Position numbers and translations under genes: made by a program. From the NCBI GenBank assembly GCA_021816695.1, contig JAKAXE010000005.1, positions 5 through 64,004 of the forward strand: DNA of 64,000 bases. The letters are read 5' to 3'. Within the stretch, counting starts at the first letter, position 1, and each line of letters opens with the position of its first letter. Shown one piece after another: positions 17,691 through 27,367 of the stretch. The notes under the pieces were generated by a model that made no database searches, was not told the DNA's origin, and saw only the letters and a list, made by a program, of their open reading frames with translations. The stretch comes from a bacterium. Its GTDB lineage: Bacteria > Chloroflexota > Dormibacteria > Aeolococcales > Bog-877.

Positions 17691-18002
17691 CTACAGTGGC
17701 GCGGCCCGCATTGGGACTGCCCTGGCCAGCCCGACGCTGTCGCTCGAGTCTCGGGGGAAGCTGCTGGGCAGAGATGCTCCGCAACGATGCCGGCCGCTGC
17801 GCCGGCCGCCGTTTGGGGAAAGTTAGAATGGCTATCGCCTCGTTGCCCGGAAAGCTTGGCCCCTTCCAGCCGACCCCGCACCGCGCGAGACGGCGACGCC
17901 CGACATGAAGTTCTCGCGGCCGCCGTCTGCGTGCCGCGACTCGTCCGGCGCCGGGGCGGCATCCGTGCCGCAGAGACTGTCCACAGTGAGTGAGGCTCCA
18001 CA

Positions 18003-18926
18003 ATGACCACGGATAGCGCATCTGGCCACTCGGCGACCTTCTTCGGTGCTCAGCGCGACTTCTGGTGGAACGAGGACTTCCTTGGCTTGATCGTTGAGCG
18101 CCTCGCGCTTGCCGGGACGCGGTCTGTCTTGGACGTGGGGTGCGGGTTGGGGCACTGGTCTCGGGTGCTAACCCGGGTTCTCCCGGCGGTCTCGGAGGTG
18201 ACGGGCATTGACGCGGAAGGCGCATGGGTCAGGCAGGCGCGCCTAGTCGATGCCGATCGCCGGCCGCCCATAGCGACCTCCGTCCACCAGGGAAGGGCGG
18301 AGCGGCTCCCCTACCCGAACGCACGCTTTGACCTCGTCACGTGCCAGACAGTCCTGATCCACGTGGCCGAGGTCGCGGAGGTTCTGCGCGAGATGTGCCG
18401 GGTTGTGCGGCCCGGCGGAACAGTGCTCGTGGCAGAGCCGAACAACCTGGCTGGTCAGCTTGTTCGCTCGAGCCTCTCGTACCAGGACGACCCGGAAGCC
18501 CTGGCATCACTGATCCGCTTCTACGCCACTTGTGAAGCCGGGAAAATCAAGCTCGGGGAGGGCAACAACTCGGTTGGTGACCTCCTGCCGGGCTACTTCG
18601 CAGAGGTGGGTCTCCAGGTCGTGGGGTGCTACCTCTCGGATAAGTCCTCTCCGCTTTGGCCGCCCTACTCCTCCCCAGAGCAGGGTGCCCTCGTAGAAGC
18701 GATCGCGGGTGCGGCCGCGGAGGAGCGATATCCCTGGACCAGGGAGGAGGCTCGTCGGTACTTTCTCGCTGGAGGCGGCGGCGAGGCGGCGTTCGAAGAA
18801 GCCTGGTCGTGCAGGGCCCAGGCAGCGCGAGCGGAACTTGCCGCGATTCGGGGTGAGTCGTTCTGGTCGAGTGGCGGACAGCTAATGTACCTCGTCGCGG
18901 GCCGGAGGCCTGCTGGGGGTACGTAG
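18003..18926 (+). CDS. Class I SAM-dependent methyltransferase
   Basis: Track ORF. It has SAM-binding motif I VLDVGCGLGHWS and the post-I/II region RFDLVTCQTVLIHVAEVAEVLREMCRVVRPGGTVLV. Confidence 0.8.
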   Translation: MTTDSASGHSATFFGAQRDFWWNEDFLGLIVERLALAGTRSVLDVGCGLGHWSRVLTRVLPAVSEVTGIDAEGAWVRQARLVDADRRPPIATSVHQGRAERLPYPNARFDLVTCQTVLIHVAEVAEVLREMCRVVRPGGTVLVAEPNNLAGQLVRSSLSYQDDPEALASLIRFYATCEAGKIKLGEGNNSVGDLLPGYFAEVGLQVVGCYLSDKSSPLWPPYSSPEQGALVEAIAGAAAEERYPWTREEARRYFLAGGGGEAAFEEAWSCRAQAARAELAAIRGESFWSSGGQLMYLVAGRRPAGGT

Positions 18927-19270
18927 CCCGCAACCAAGGCGCGAGTGGACTCCCGAGCGGACCTGTGCGCTCTCCGCGCAGGCTTAGGCGTTCCTCGTCG
19001 TCCTTGCCAGGGGCCACCTGCCCAGGCCTTACACCCAGACCACGTCGGCGGCCCACATTCGCTTGTTCGGCACGTGAGTCCCCATGTCGCCTCTCAGGGT
19101 CGACCCCGCAGCGGTGGGGTTCATCTGGCCTGCCGCCCCGCAGGCACCCGCCGCGTGGCGGGTCGGTGCCCCGTCATGCGTCCGGGTTGGTCGGACGCCA
19201 AGCAGGAGTGCCCCCTTCGGGTGGGGTACTCTGGGCGCAGGTGGCCCGAACCGGGGAGGACGTTCTTGAG

Positions 19271-19654
19271 GTGACGAGGTACCTGATCTCGTTCGATGCG
19301 AGTGCAATGGACCACATTGGCCAGGATGACATACCCTCCGTGGCGGCAGCAGCACACGCCGTGATCCGGGACGCTTTGAGGGCCGGCGTCTACGTCTTCA
19401 GCGGCGGGCTGGAGGAACAGAGGGCCAGCATCGTAGACGGTGACGGGACGGTGACCGACGGCTCTTACCCGGAGGCAATCGGGGGAGCGACTATCGTCGA
19501 TGTACCCTCTCACGATGAAGCGCTCGAATGGGCCAGGAAGATCGCGGTCGCTTGCCGGTGCCCACAGGAAGTCCGGGCCTTTATGGAGGACACCGAACTT
19601 GACATCTTGCTTGGCCGGGGCGAGAGCCCCGGAGTGGGTCCCGCCAACGCGTGA
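19271..19654 (+). CDS. YCII-related (YciI-like/DGPF) domain protein
   Basis: This is the C-terminal part of track ORF 18965..19654. The GTG at 19271 lies 10 nt after a GGGGAGGA SD. The 127-aa product (TRYLISFDASAMDHI...VYVFSGGLEE...DGSYPEAIGGATIVDVPSHDEALEWARKIAVACRCPQEVRAF) has the YCII-family pattern. Confidence 0.65.
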   Translation: MTRYLISFDASAMDHIGQDDIPSVAAAAHAVIRDALRAGVYVFSGGLEEQRASIVDGDGTVTDGSYPEAIGGATIVDVPSHDEALEWARKIAVACRCPQEVRAFMEDTELDILLGRGESPGVGPANA

Positions 19655-20264
19655 TCCGGGGTGAACCAGTGCACCACCTGCCCACCTTGCCGCCCCGGAA
19701 GCTCCTTCTGACGAAATCGCGGCCAAGTACGCTGACCCCATGATCAACTGGGCGACTCGCTCACCACGAGCGATTCGCCAACCCACGCGGCGCGGGTGGC
19801 GCGCTGCTGCAGGGGCCTGCAGCCGAACTCCGGCACAGAAAGGCCGATCGCCACGGGCCAACTGCAGCGGGCGGGCGACTCCGCCAAGTCGCGGCACCCC
19901 GAAGGGCTAGGGCCAGGGCGCCCTCGGTCCTACACGTCCGGTTGCCGGCCCCGTTCGCGGCAGCGTGACTCTGGGCTACCGTTTCCAGGGGGCCAGTTGC
20001 GCCAATGATGCGGAGCGCGACTCGGCGGAGACGGCCCCTTAACCGGCTGCCAGCTCATACCGATCCTCGAGCCGCCTCTCGTCCCCCGCCACGATCCAAG
20101 CCGGCGGGCTCTGGTAAGAAAGGCGGCTGACCGAACGATTGCGCCCATGGTCAGATTTTGGGTGACCTAATGCGTGAGGTTGCACCCCCCGCGGCAAAGG
20201 GGTACCCTCTCCGTCCGGACGGGCTAGTTGCGTTAGCCTCTAGGGGTTCGTGGGAGGGATGCCA

Positions 20265-21890
20265 ATGAGAGCCAGTCAGCTGCGACCGTTCACCGCGCCC
20301 GGCATCGTGGGACTGCTGGCCGTACTAACCTCGCTGGGAGTAGGTGCCGGTGGCATCGCCGGTGGGGCAGCACAGATCGCTCCAGCTCTGAACGCACTCC
20401 CCCCTCAGATGGTGACGCTGCCGCGTCTCCCGGGGGTCATAACGACGACACCCGGTAAGTACACCTACTGCACCTTGCCGGACGGGACCCTCGTCAAATA
20501 CTTCCACTGCTACACCCCGCAGCAGATCCGAACAGCCTACGGCGTCAATTCGGTTAGCCTTGCGGACGGTACCCCGGACATGGGCCTGGGCCAGACCATC
20601 GTCTTGGTCGATGCCTACGGCAGCCCCACCGCGGCGAGCGACCTCCAGCACTTCCACGACACCTTCTTTTCGACCCTGCCTAACCCGAACTTCGAGCAGG
20701 TCTTTCCCCAGGGGGATCCCCAGTACCACAACGTCAGCCATGGAAACGGGCTCGCGGGCTCGAACGGGGCAGCCGGATGGTCGGGAGAGGCCACCTTGGA
20801 CATCGAGTGGGCCTACTCGATCGCGCCCTTGGCCCACATCATCCTGATGGCGGTTCCGCCGGCCGAGACCGAGGGCGTCCAGGGCTTCCCCAACCTCTTC
20901 AAAACCATCGCGGGTGAGATCCAGGCTACCCCGCCAGGCACGGTCTTCTCCATGTCCTTCGCGGCCACCGAGCAGACCTTGGAGGCCGCCGGCCCAGCCC
21001 TGGTGTCCCGGTTCGATCAGGTCTTCCAGATGGGCGAGTCCCGGCACGACAACTTCTTCGCGGCCGCGGGAGACACTGGAACCTTTAACTCAAGCAAGGT
21101 CGCCCGGGAGTCTGTGTCATACCCCTACCCGACCGTGAGCTGGCCGGCCAGTTCCCCCTATGTCGTGGCCGTGGGCGGCACCCAGCTTCAGTCTGGATGG
21201 ACGTGGGATCCGACTAGCAACACGCCCTTCTCCAGCTCCACCTCGGATGGGTTCAACCCACCCTACTGGACCTCCACCAGCTCGGGTGACAGCCAGGCGG
21301 TCTGGAACGAGTCCTGGGGGCCGATAGCCACCGGGGGTGGCGTCAGCACCCTGTACTCGCGGCCCAGCTGGCAGACAGGGGTGGAGCCGCAGTATGGGAA
21401 CCACCGCCTGCTGCCGGACACCTCTTGGAACGCCGCGGTGAACGGTGGTGTCGACGTGTACATCACCGCCTACCCCGAGTACAACTGCGGCAACACGACC
21501 GGCTGCTGGTCGGTGTACGGAGGGACCTCAGCGGCGACGCCCCAGACCGCAGCGCTGGTCGCACTTCTCAATGCCAGCTTGGCGTCTATGCAAAAGCCGC
21601 CGGTCGGCTTCCTTGATCCTCTCCTGTACGGCCTCGGTTCGGCCGTCTCCACTGCCTACCAGGACATCGTGCCTCAGCACTACGGCTCTGCTTCACCGAC
21701 CTTCCTCGGAAGCGAGGTTGGCGTCAGCGGCTCCGTTCAGAAGTCCGTGGGCGACCTGCAGGACAACCAACTCTGGGACGTGGGCGTCCCGGGCTATCCG
21801 ACGACCGTCGGCTATGACCTGACCACCGGGTGGGGCGCGCCTAAGGCGCCCGGATTCGTCAGCGCCATAGAGGCAGAGCTAGGGTACTGA
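20265..21890 (+). CDS. Secreted S53 (sedolisin/kumamolisin-type) serine-carboxyl peptidase precursor
   Basis: Track ORF 20250..21890. Candidate starts are the ATGs at 20259 and 20265, just after a GGGAGGG SD. A signal peptide is present. Family motifs: YTPQQIRTAYGVN, the Glu/Asp region GWSGEATLDIEWAYSIAP and the catalytic-Ser motif YGGTSAATPQTAALVALL. Confidence 0.8.
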   Translation: MRASQLRPFTAPGIVGLLAVLTSLGVGAGGIAGGAAQIAPALNALPPQMVTLPRLPGVITTTPGKYTYCTLPDGTLVKYFHCYTPQQIRTAYGVNSVSLADGTPDMGLGQTIVLVDAYGSPTAASDLQHFHDTFFSTLPNPNFEQVFPQGDPQYHNVSHGNGLAGSNGAAGWSGEATLDIEWAYSIAPLAHIILMAVPPAETEGVQGFPNLFKTIAGEIQATPPGTVFSMSFAATEQTLEAAGPALVSRFDQVFQMGESRHDNFFAAAGDTGTFNSSKVARESVSYPYPTVSWPASSPYVVAVGGTQLQSGWTWDPTSNTPFSSSTSDGFNPPYWTSTSSGDSQAVWNESWGPIATGGGVSTLYSRPSWQTGVEPQYGNHRLLPDTSWNAAVNGGVDVYITAYPEYNCGNTTGCWSVYGGTSAATPQTAALVALLNASLASMQKPPVGFLDPLLYGLGSAVSTAYQDIVPQHYGSASPTFLGSEVGVSGSVQKSVGDLQDNQLWDVGVPGYPTTVGYDLTTGWGAPKAPGFVSAIEAELGY

Positions 21891-22618
21891 CCGGGTTTCC
21901 GTGGAGGCGGCCGCAGCAGAGCTGCGCGCCGCCCCCACCCCCCAGCCAGGGTGTGGATCTTCAGCCGCCCAGACACCGGGCGCGGTGACCACCGGCTCCG
22001 CGCAGGGCGGAAGCCGCCAGGCTCCTCGCCCACGCCGATGAGCGCGTGGGCCACTTCTCCCACCCCGCAGGCAAGGGGGATGCTGAGGTGATGGACATGC
22101 CCGCGCGGGCACTGAGAGGAAAGCCGCATGGCTCGAATCCAGGGCCCCCGAATCGTCACCCGCAGCCCCAATCGGCGACTTTTCGAACTCAAGCCAGCCG
22201 CAACGGCACCCCTCTCGCACGGCACTTGACCGCTTCACGTGTCGAAGTCGGGCTGAGGGGACGGGCGGCCGGAAGTTGCTCAGTGCCTACTCGCCCGGCC
22301 GCGCCGCCGAGCCGGCTCCGCCCCCACGGTGCCGGCCAGGCTGTATGCAATCTCAGGCCGGCGGGCACGGCAGAACAGGTCCCGCCTTGGGTGCTCAGCA
22401 TCGGCGGTAGGTTGCGCCGTCTTCGTCTTCCAGCTACACTCGCGGCCACCACCAAGGGGGAGCGTCCCGGTCGGGCCCCGGACCGCTCCCCGTCAGGAGG
22501 ACGCAGGGCCAAGCGTAAACGGTAAGCAACCGGGTCGATCCGTCAGCCGGTCGCCCCCCGCTGGTGCAGGCTAGGGGGCGCCACCGGAGCCATCAGCTTG
22601 CTCGTGGAGGGAAACACC

Positions 22619-24349
22619 ATGCACATCGTGGGTCGCCGGGTCCGGCTCTTGGCCCGGCTGGGAGCCATCGTTGGGGGTGTGGCCGTGGTTGCCGCAGCCC
22701 AGTTGAGCGCAGCTCCTGCTGTGGTCGCCGGGGGCGGATGGGTTAAGGCGCCCGCCCAGGGCGAGTTGGACTGCAATGGGTACAGCACGGTGCAGAAGGC
22801 GATCAAAGTCACGCTCCCCTGCACTGACCCTCACGGCGCCAACGGATCACGCTTTTTCGACAACGGCTACTACGTGGGCCACGACGAGCCCAACCTGCGG
22901 TTCGTATCCAGCGCCCCTGGGTCAGGTAACAGCGTCACCTGGACCCAGACGCTGCCCGTGGACCCGAGCACTGCCCCAACCGTCGGCTCGCCGGGCAGCG
23001 CCGTGACCCACTTCTTTGAGCTGTCCGTGGCGCCCTGGTTCTCGATGGCCATCTGTGACCCCAACTCCTACCCGCAGACCCCGTGCAAGCCCAACAGTGA
23101 CTCCAATGCCCCCTCCACCACCTATCCGGGCGGTGGAAGCGCATTCATGGAACTGCAGTTCTACCCACCCGGATTCGCCCCCTTCGTGAACAGCATCAGC
23201 TGCAACATCCCGGGCAGCACCACCCCCCTCACGGACGGGAACGGAGGATGGTGCGCGGCGCTCACCATCGACAGTCTGGAGTGCACAAATAATTTCAACT
23301 ATTGCAACCCCGCCTGCACGGAGCCGGTCAACTTCGCCTTCATCCAGAAGAACGGCGTGCCCACCGGGCCCCCCAGCCCCCAGAACGCCAACCTCCTGAC
23401 CTTCACCCCCAACTCCCAGACCCTGTTCTTCTCCCCCGGTGATACGGTCACGACCCAAATCTTCGACAACCCGCGACTGAAGGCGCTGGAGGCCATAGTC
23501 ACGGACGACACAACGGGCCACAGCGGGTACATGGTGGCGGATTCGAGCAACGGCTTCCAGAACACCAACTACCAGACCTGCGCCGGCACGCCGTTCAACT
23601 TCCAGCCGGAGTACAGCTCCGCTGCGGCTGGAAACTTCGTGCCCTGGGCGGCCCTGACCACCGACATCAGCACCACCTTCGAGATCGGTCACTTCACCCC
23701 CTGCACGTCTCTGAGCAACCCCGTGCGCGGAACCAGCGAGTACAACGTCTGCCACGGCGCCTACGAGTCCACCACCAGCCCGGACGGCACCTTCGCGCCC
23801 GGCACAAAGACGGCGATCGAGACCGCCAAGGGGGATGGGCCCTGCTTCTACGTGGGCGACACGCACGGCCTGGCGGGGTCGGGAGGAGAGACGACGGCCC
23901 CCAACCTGGTCACCGGGTGCGACAACTTCAACGACGGCGGCGACCTCGACTACGATGGCACACCTTACTGGCCGGACTGGCCCACTGGGACCAGCCCCAC
24001 CAGCTCCCCGTCGACGATGGTGATCCAGCCGCCGACTTTCGGGACGAAGGGGCAGGGGTTCAGCCAGGTCGAGTTCGAGACCGACAATCCAGCGTCCGAC
24101 TACCGCTGCAACGTCACCACCGGACGAGGGTGCCAGGTGCCGCCTCCTGGCCCGGGAAGCTTCTACCCCTACTGGAGCCAGGTCTCGCACGGCGGCCCAG
24201 CCTGCGTTTGGGAATTCGGCAACACCGGAGGAAGTGACTTCGGAAAAGCTGCTCAGTATGGCTTGGCCGGCGCCTCCGGTAACGGCTACTACGGGACCGA
24301 TGGGAGCGCGCTCATGCCTCTCACCGCTGGGGGGTGCGTGAGAACCTGA
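22619..24349 (+). CDS. Secreted Cys-rich protein of unknown family (576 aa, 18 Cys)
   Basis: Track ORF 22598..24349 trimmed to the ATG at 22619, 7 nt after a GGAGGG SD. The signal peptide may be Tat-like (MHIVGRRVRLLARLGAIVGGVAVVAAAQLSAAPAVVA). No catalytic motif that I recognise. Coding looks real: long, with a good SD and protein-like composition. Confidence 0.75.
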   Translation: MHIVGRRVRLLARLGAIVGGVAVVAAAQLSAAPAVVAGGGWVKAPAQGELDCNGYSTVQKAIKVTLPCTDPHGANGSRFFDNGYYVGHDEPNLRFVSSAPGSGNSVTWTQTLPVDPSTAPTVGSPGSAVTHFFELSVAPWFSMAICDPNSYPQTPCKPNSDSNAPSTTYPGGGSAFMELQFYPPGFAPFVNSISCNIPGSTTPLTDGNGGWCAALTIDSLECTNNFNYCNPACTEPVNFAFIQKNGVPTGPPSPQNANLLTFTPNSQTLFFSPGDTVTTQIFDNPRLKALEAIVTDDTTGHSGYMVADSSNGFQNTNYQTCAGTPFNFQPEYSSAAAGNFVPWAALTTDISTTFEIGHFTPCTSLSNPVRGTSEYNVCHGAYESTTSPDGTFAPGTKTAIETAKGDGPCFYVGDTHGLAGSGGETTAPNLVTGCDNFNDGGDLDYDGTPYWPDWPTGTSPTSSPSTMVIQPPTFGTKGQGFSQVEFETDNPASDYRCNVTTGRGCQVPPPGPGSFYPYWSQVSHGGPACVWEFGNTGGSDFGKAAQYGLAGASGNGYYGTDGSALMPLTAGGCVRT

Positions 24350-24364
24350 GGCCCCTTAATGATC

Positions 24365-24407
24365 GAGTCCCTGGGGCGGGCGCCACCTGCGTCCGCCCCA
24401 GGGACTC
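24365..24407. terminator. Perfect 15-bp GC-rich hairpin between convergent genes (putative bidirectional terminator)
   Basis: Read directly: GAGTCCCTGGGGCGG (24365-24379), a 13-nt loop, then CCGCCCCAGGGACTC (24393-24407). It lies 16 nt after the stop of the Cys-rich protein gene and 28 nt after the stop of der. There is no clear U-tract. Confidence 0.55.
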
Positions 24408-24434
24408 CCCGGACCCCTCGGTTCCGGAACCGGA

Positions 24435-25841
24435 TTACCCCGATCCGGTGGACTTCCGCGTCAAGATCCGGATTGGGACCCCGGCAAACCCGAAGCGCTG
24501 CCGCAGCTGATTCTCCAGGTACCGGGAGTAGCTGAAATGCAGAAGCTCGGGATCGTTGACGAAGAGGACGAAGGTGGGCACCTGGCTCCTGGCCTGGGTG
24601 GCGTAGTACAGGCGCAGCCGGCGCCCGGACTTCCCGCTCGGGGGCGGCCTCCGCTCCATCATCTCCCCGAAGGCACCGTTCAGCTCCGGGGTGGGGATCC
24701 TGGCGGCCCTGGCTCTGGCCAGGCTGAAGATCGCCGGCACCACCCGCTGCAGCCCCCGGCCGGTGAGCGCGCTGACGTAGAGAAACGGGGTGCCCGGAGC
24801 GAAGTCGTAGGCCGCGCGGAGCTCCCGCAGGAGCGCCCGGTCCGATCTCTCGTCGTGGTCCAGGAGGTCCCACTTGTTCAGCACCACCAGGGTGGCTGCT
24901 CCGGCCTCTCGCGCCTGGCCGGCGATGTGCCGGTCCTGGGCCAAAAAAGGCTTCTGGGCATCCACCACCACCATGGCAACATCGGCCCGCTCCACCGCTC
25001 TGAGGGCCCGCACCAGGCTGTAGAACTCCACATCCTTGGTCACCCCCGGGCGGCGGATTCCCGCCGTGTCTACCAGCAGCAGGGGGCCTTCCTCGGTCTC
25101 CAGCCAGGTGTCCACCGGATCCCGGGTGGTGCCCGACACCGCGCTGACCAGGGATCGGTCCTGCCCAAGGAGGGAGTTGAGGATGGAGGACTTGCCGACG
25201 TTGGGACGGCCCACTATGGCGCAGCGCACGACATCACCTTGCTGCTCCTCCTCCCCGGCACCGGTGGGCAGCCGGGCGAGGAGGAGGTCCAGCAGATCCC
25301 CGGTGCCCACCCCGGAGATGGCGCTCACCGGGATCGGGTCGCCCAGCCCCAGGCGGTACAGGTCATTCAGCTCCAGTGAGTCCGACCTTCCCTCGCTCTT
25401 GTTGGCTACCAGCAGGACTGGCTGGGGAGCTCGGCGAAGCTGGTCCACCACCTCCAGGTCGGCGGCGGTGATCCCCTCCCGCTGGTCGATGAGCAGGCAG
25501 ATCACGTCCGCCTGCTCGATGGCGGCCTGAGCCTGGGCCTGGGTGTTGGCGGGCAGGTCGAGCTCCGGACCGTCCCGGACGACCCGGTCCAGGCCGGCAG
25601 TGTCGACCAGGCCGAAGGTCCTCCCGCCCCACTCAACCCGCCCGTAGATGCGGTCTCGGGTTAGGCCCGGCTGAGGGGAGACGATCGCCCGCCGCTGGCC
25701 GGTGAGCCGGTTGAAGAGGGTGGACTTGCCCACGTTGGGCCGCCCCACCAGCGCCACCAGGGGCAGGGCCCCCGGGGCTATGGGGAGGTCCTGGTCCGCT
25801 CCATGCTGCCCGCGACGGCGGACCCGGGAGGTTGGGGTCAC
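24435..25841 (-). CDS. der: Ribosome-biogenesis GTPase Der (EngA), double GTPase plus KH-like domain
   Basis: Track ORF. It has two G domains (GRPNVGKSTLFNRL...DTAGL and GRPNVGKSSILNSLLG...DTAGIR...NKWDL). The GTG at 25841 overlaps the gpmI stop (GTGA). An alternative GTG at 25757 would give the canonical short N-terminus (VALVGRPNVGKS). Confidence 0.92.
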   Translation of the reverse strand: MTPTSRVRRRGQHGADQDLPIAPGALPLVALVGRPNVGKSTLFNRLTGQRRAIVSPQPGLTRDRIYGRVEWGGRTFGLVDTAGLDRVVRDGPELDLPANTQAQAQAAIEQADVICLLIDQREGITAADLEVVDQLRRAPQPVLLVANKSEGRSDSLELNDLYRLGLGDPIPVSAISGVGTGDLLDLLLARLPTGAGEEEQQGDVVRCAIVGRPNVGKSSILNSLLGQDRSLVSAVSGTTRDPVDTWLETEEGPLLLVDTAGIRRPGVTKDVEFYSLVRALRAVERADVAMVVVDAQKPFLAQDRHIAGQAREAGAATLVVLNKWDLLDHDERSDRALLRELRAAYDFAPGTPFLYVSALTGRGLQRVVPAIFSLARARAARIPTPELNGAFGEMMERRPPPSGKSGRRLRLYYATQARSQVPTFVLFVNDPELLHFSYSRYLENQLRQRFGFAGVPIRILTRKSTGSG

Positions 25842-27367
25842 CGAACCCGGCGCAGATCTTCGCCGGTCATCTCGTCCGGCACCGGGAGGCCCATCACCGA
25901 AAGCATCGTCGGCGCGACGTCGCGCAGGCCCCCACCTGCCCGCAGCGGCCCCGGGTCCGAGGTCAGGATGACCGGCACGGGGTTGGTCGTGTGCGAGGTG
26001 ACCGCGGCCCCGGTCGTTTCGTCCACCATGTACTCAGCGTTGCCATGATCGGCGGTCACCAGGAGCCGATAGCCGTTGGCCGCCGCCGACTGGACCAGGC
26101 GCCCCAAGCACCCGTCCAGGAACTCCACGGCCCGAATGGTGGCGGCCAGGTCCCCGGTGTGTCCCACCATGTCTGCGTTGGCGTAGTTCATCACCAAGAG
26201 ACTGCTCTGCTGCCGCTCCAGCTCGGCCAGGGCGGCGTCCGTGATGCCCTCCGCGCTCATCTCGGGCTTGAGGTCGTAAGTTGCCACCTTGGAGGAGGGG
26301 ACCAGGAGCCGGCGCTCCATGGGGAAGGGCTCCTCGCGACCCCCGTTGATGAAGTAGGTGACGTGGGCGTACTTCTCGGTCTCGGCCACATGGAACTGCG
26401 CCAGCCCAGCGTCGGCCACCACCTCCGCCAAGGTGCGGCGCACCTCGGGCTTGGGGAAGGCCACCGGCACCTCCAGGGTCTCGTCGTAGGAGGTGAAGGT
26501 GACCAGGTCGACCGGTTCGCTCCAGGGCCCCCGGTCGAACGAATCGAAGTCGAAATCAACCAGAGCGTGCGAGAGCTCGCGGGCCCGGTCGGGCCGGAAA
26601 TTGAAGTGGACAACGACGTCGCCGGGCCGGACTCCCACAGGCTCAGCCCCCTCCTGGGCGATGGCGGCAGGAAGCAGGAACTCGTCGTAGACCCCCTCAG
26701 CGTAGGAGGCCCGCGCGTAGGCCGCGGCGTCGCTGGCGGTCCGCTCCGGCCGGCCCAGGATGGTGAGGAACGCCGGCTGGACCCGCTCCCAGCGGCGGTC
26801 CCGGTCCATCGCGTAGTAGCGCCCCGAAATCGAGACGAAGCGGGCGGGGGACACAGCGGACAGTCGCCGGCCCACATCCTTCAGATAACCGGCGCCGGCA
26901 TCGGTGGGAGTGTCCCGACCGTCGGTCACCGCGTGCACCGCGATGTCCGCCACGCCCATCCGCCCGGCCATCTCGGCGAGAGCCACCAGGTGATCCTGGT
27001 GGCTGTGCACCCCCCCGGGCGAGACCAGGCCGACCAGGTGCAGCCGGGACCCGCGGCTGCGCTCCATTGCGGCTCGGAGAACCTCGTTCTGGAAGAACGA
27101 GCCGTCGGAGATGGCAGCGTCTATCCGGGTTAGGTCCTGCAGCACCACCCGACCCGAGCCGATGGTGAGATGGCCCACCTCCGAGTTCCCCTGCTGACCT
27201 TCCGGGAGCCCCACCGCGAGCCCGCTGGCGGCCAACTCCGCATGGGCACTGGACCGCCAGAGGGCGTCGAAGTTGGGAGTGCGGGCTTGGGCGATGGCGT
27301 TTCCGCTCACCTCGGCCCGGCAGCCGTACCCATCCAGAATGCAGAGAACCGCCGGTTGAACCATCAA
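25838..27367 (-). CDS. gpmI: 2,3-bisphosphoglycerate-independent phosphoglycerate mutase
   Basis: Track ORF. Supporting motifs: LCILDGYG, GNSEVGHLTIGSGRV, SPGGVHSH and ADHGNAE. The product is 509 aa. Confidence 0.93.
   Translation of the reverse strand: MMVQPAVLCILDGYGCRAEVSGNAIAQARTPNFDALWRSSAHAELAASGLAVGLPEGQQGNSEVGHLTIGSGRVVLQDLTRIDAAISDGSFFQNEVLRAAMERSRGSRLHLVGLVSPGGVHSHQDHLVALAEMAGRMGVADIAVHAVTDGRDTPTDAGAGYLKDVGRRLSAVSPARFVSISGRYYAMDRDRRWERVQPAFLTILGRPERTASDAAAYARASYAEGVYDEFLLPAAIAQEGAEPVGVRPGDVVVHFNFRPDRARELSHALVDFDFDSFDRGPWSEPVDLVTFTSYDETLEVPVAFPKPEVRRTLAEVVADAGLAQFHVAETEKYAHVTYFINGGREEPFPMERRLLVPSSKVATYDLKPEMSAEGITDAALAELERQQSSLLVMNYANADMVGHTGDLAATIRAVEFLDGCLGRLVQSAAANGYRLLVTADHGNAEYMVDETTGAAVTSHTTNPVPVILTSDPGPLRAGGGLRDVAPTMLSVMGLPVPDEMTGEDLRRVR

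Noticed and set aside
25832-27133. 433-aa plus-strand ORF
   Set aside because: It is antisense to gpmI and has no recognisable motifs.
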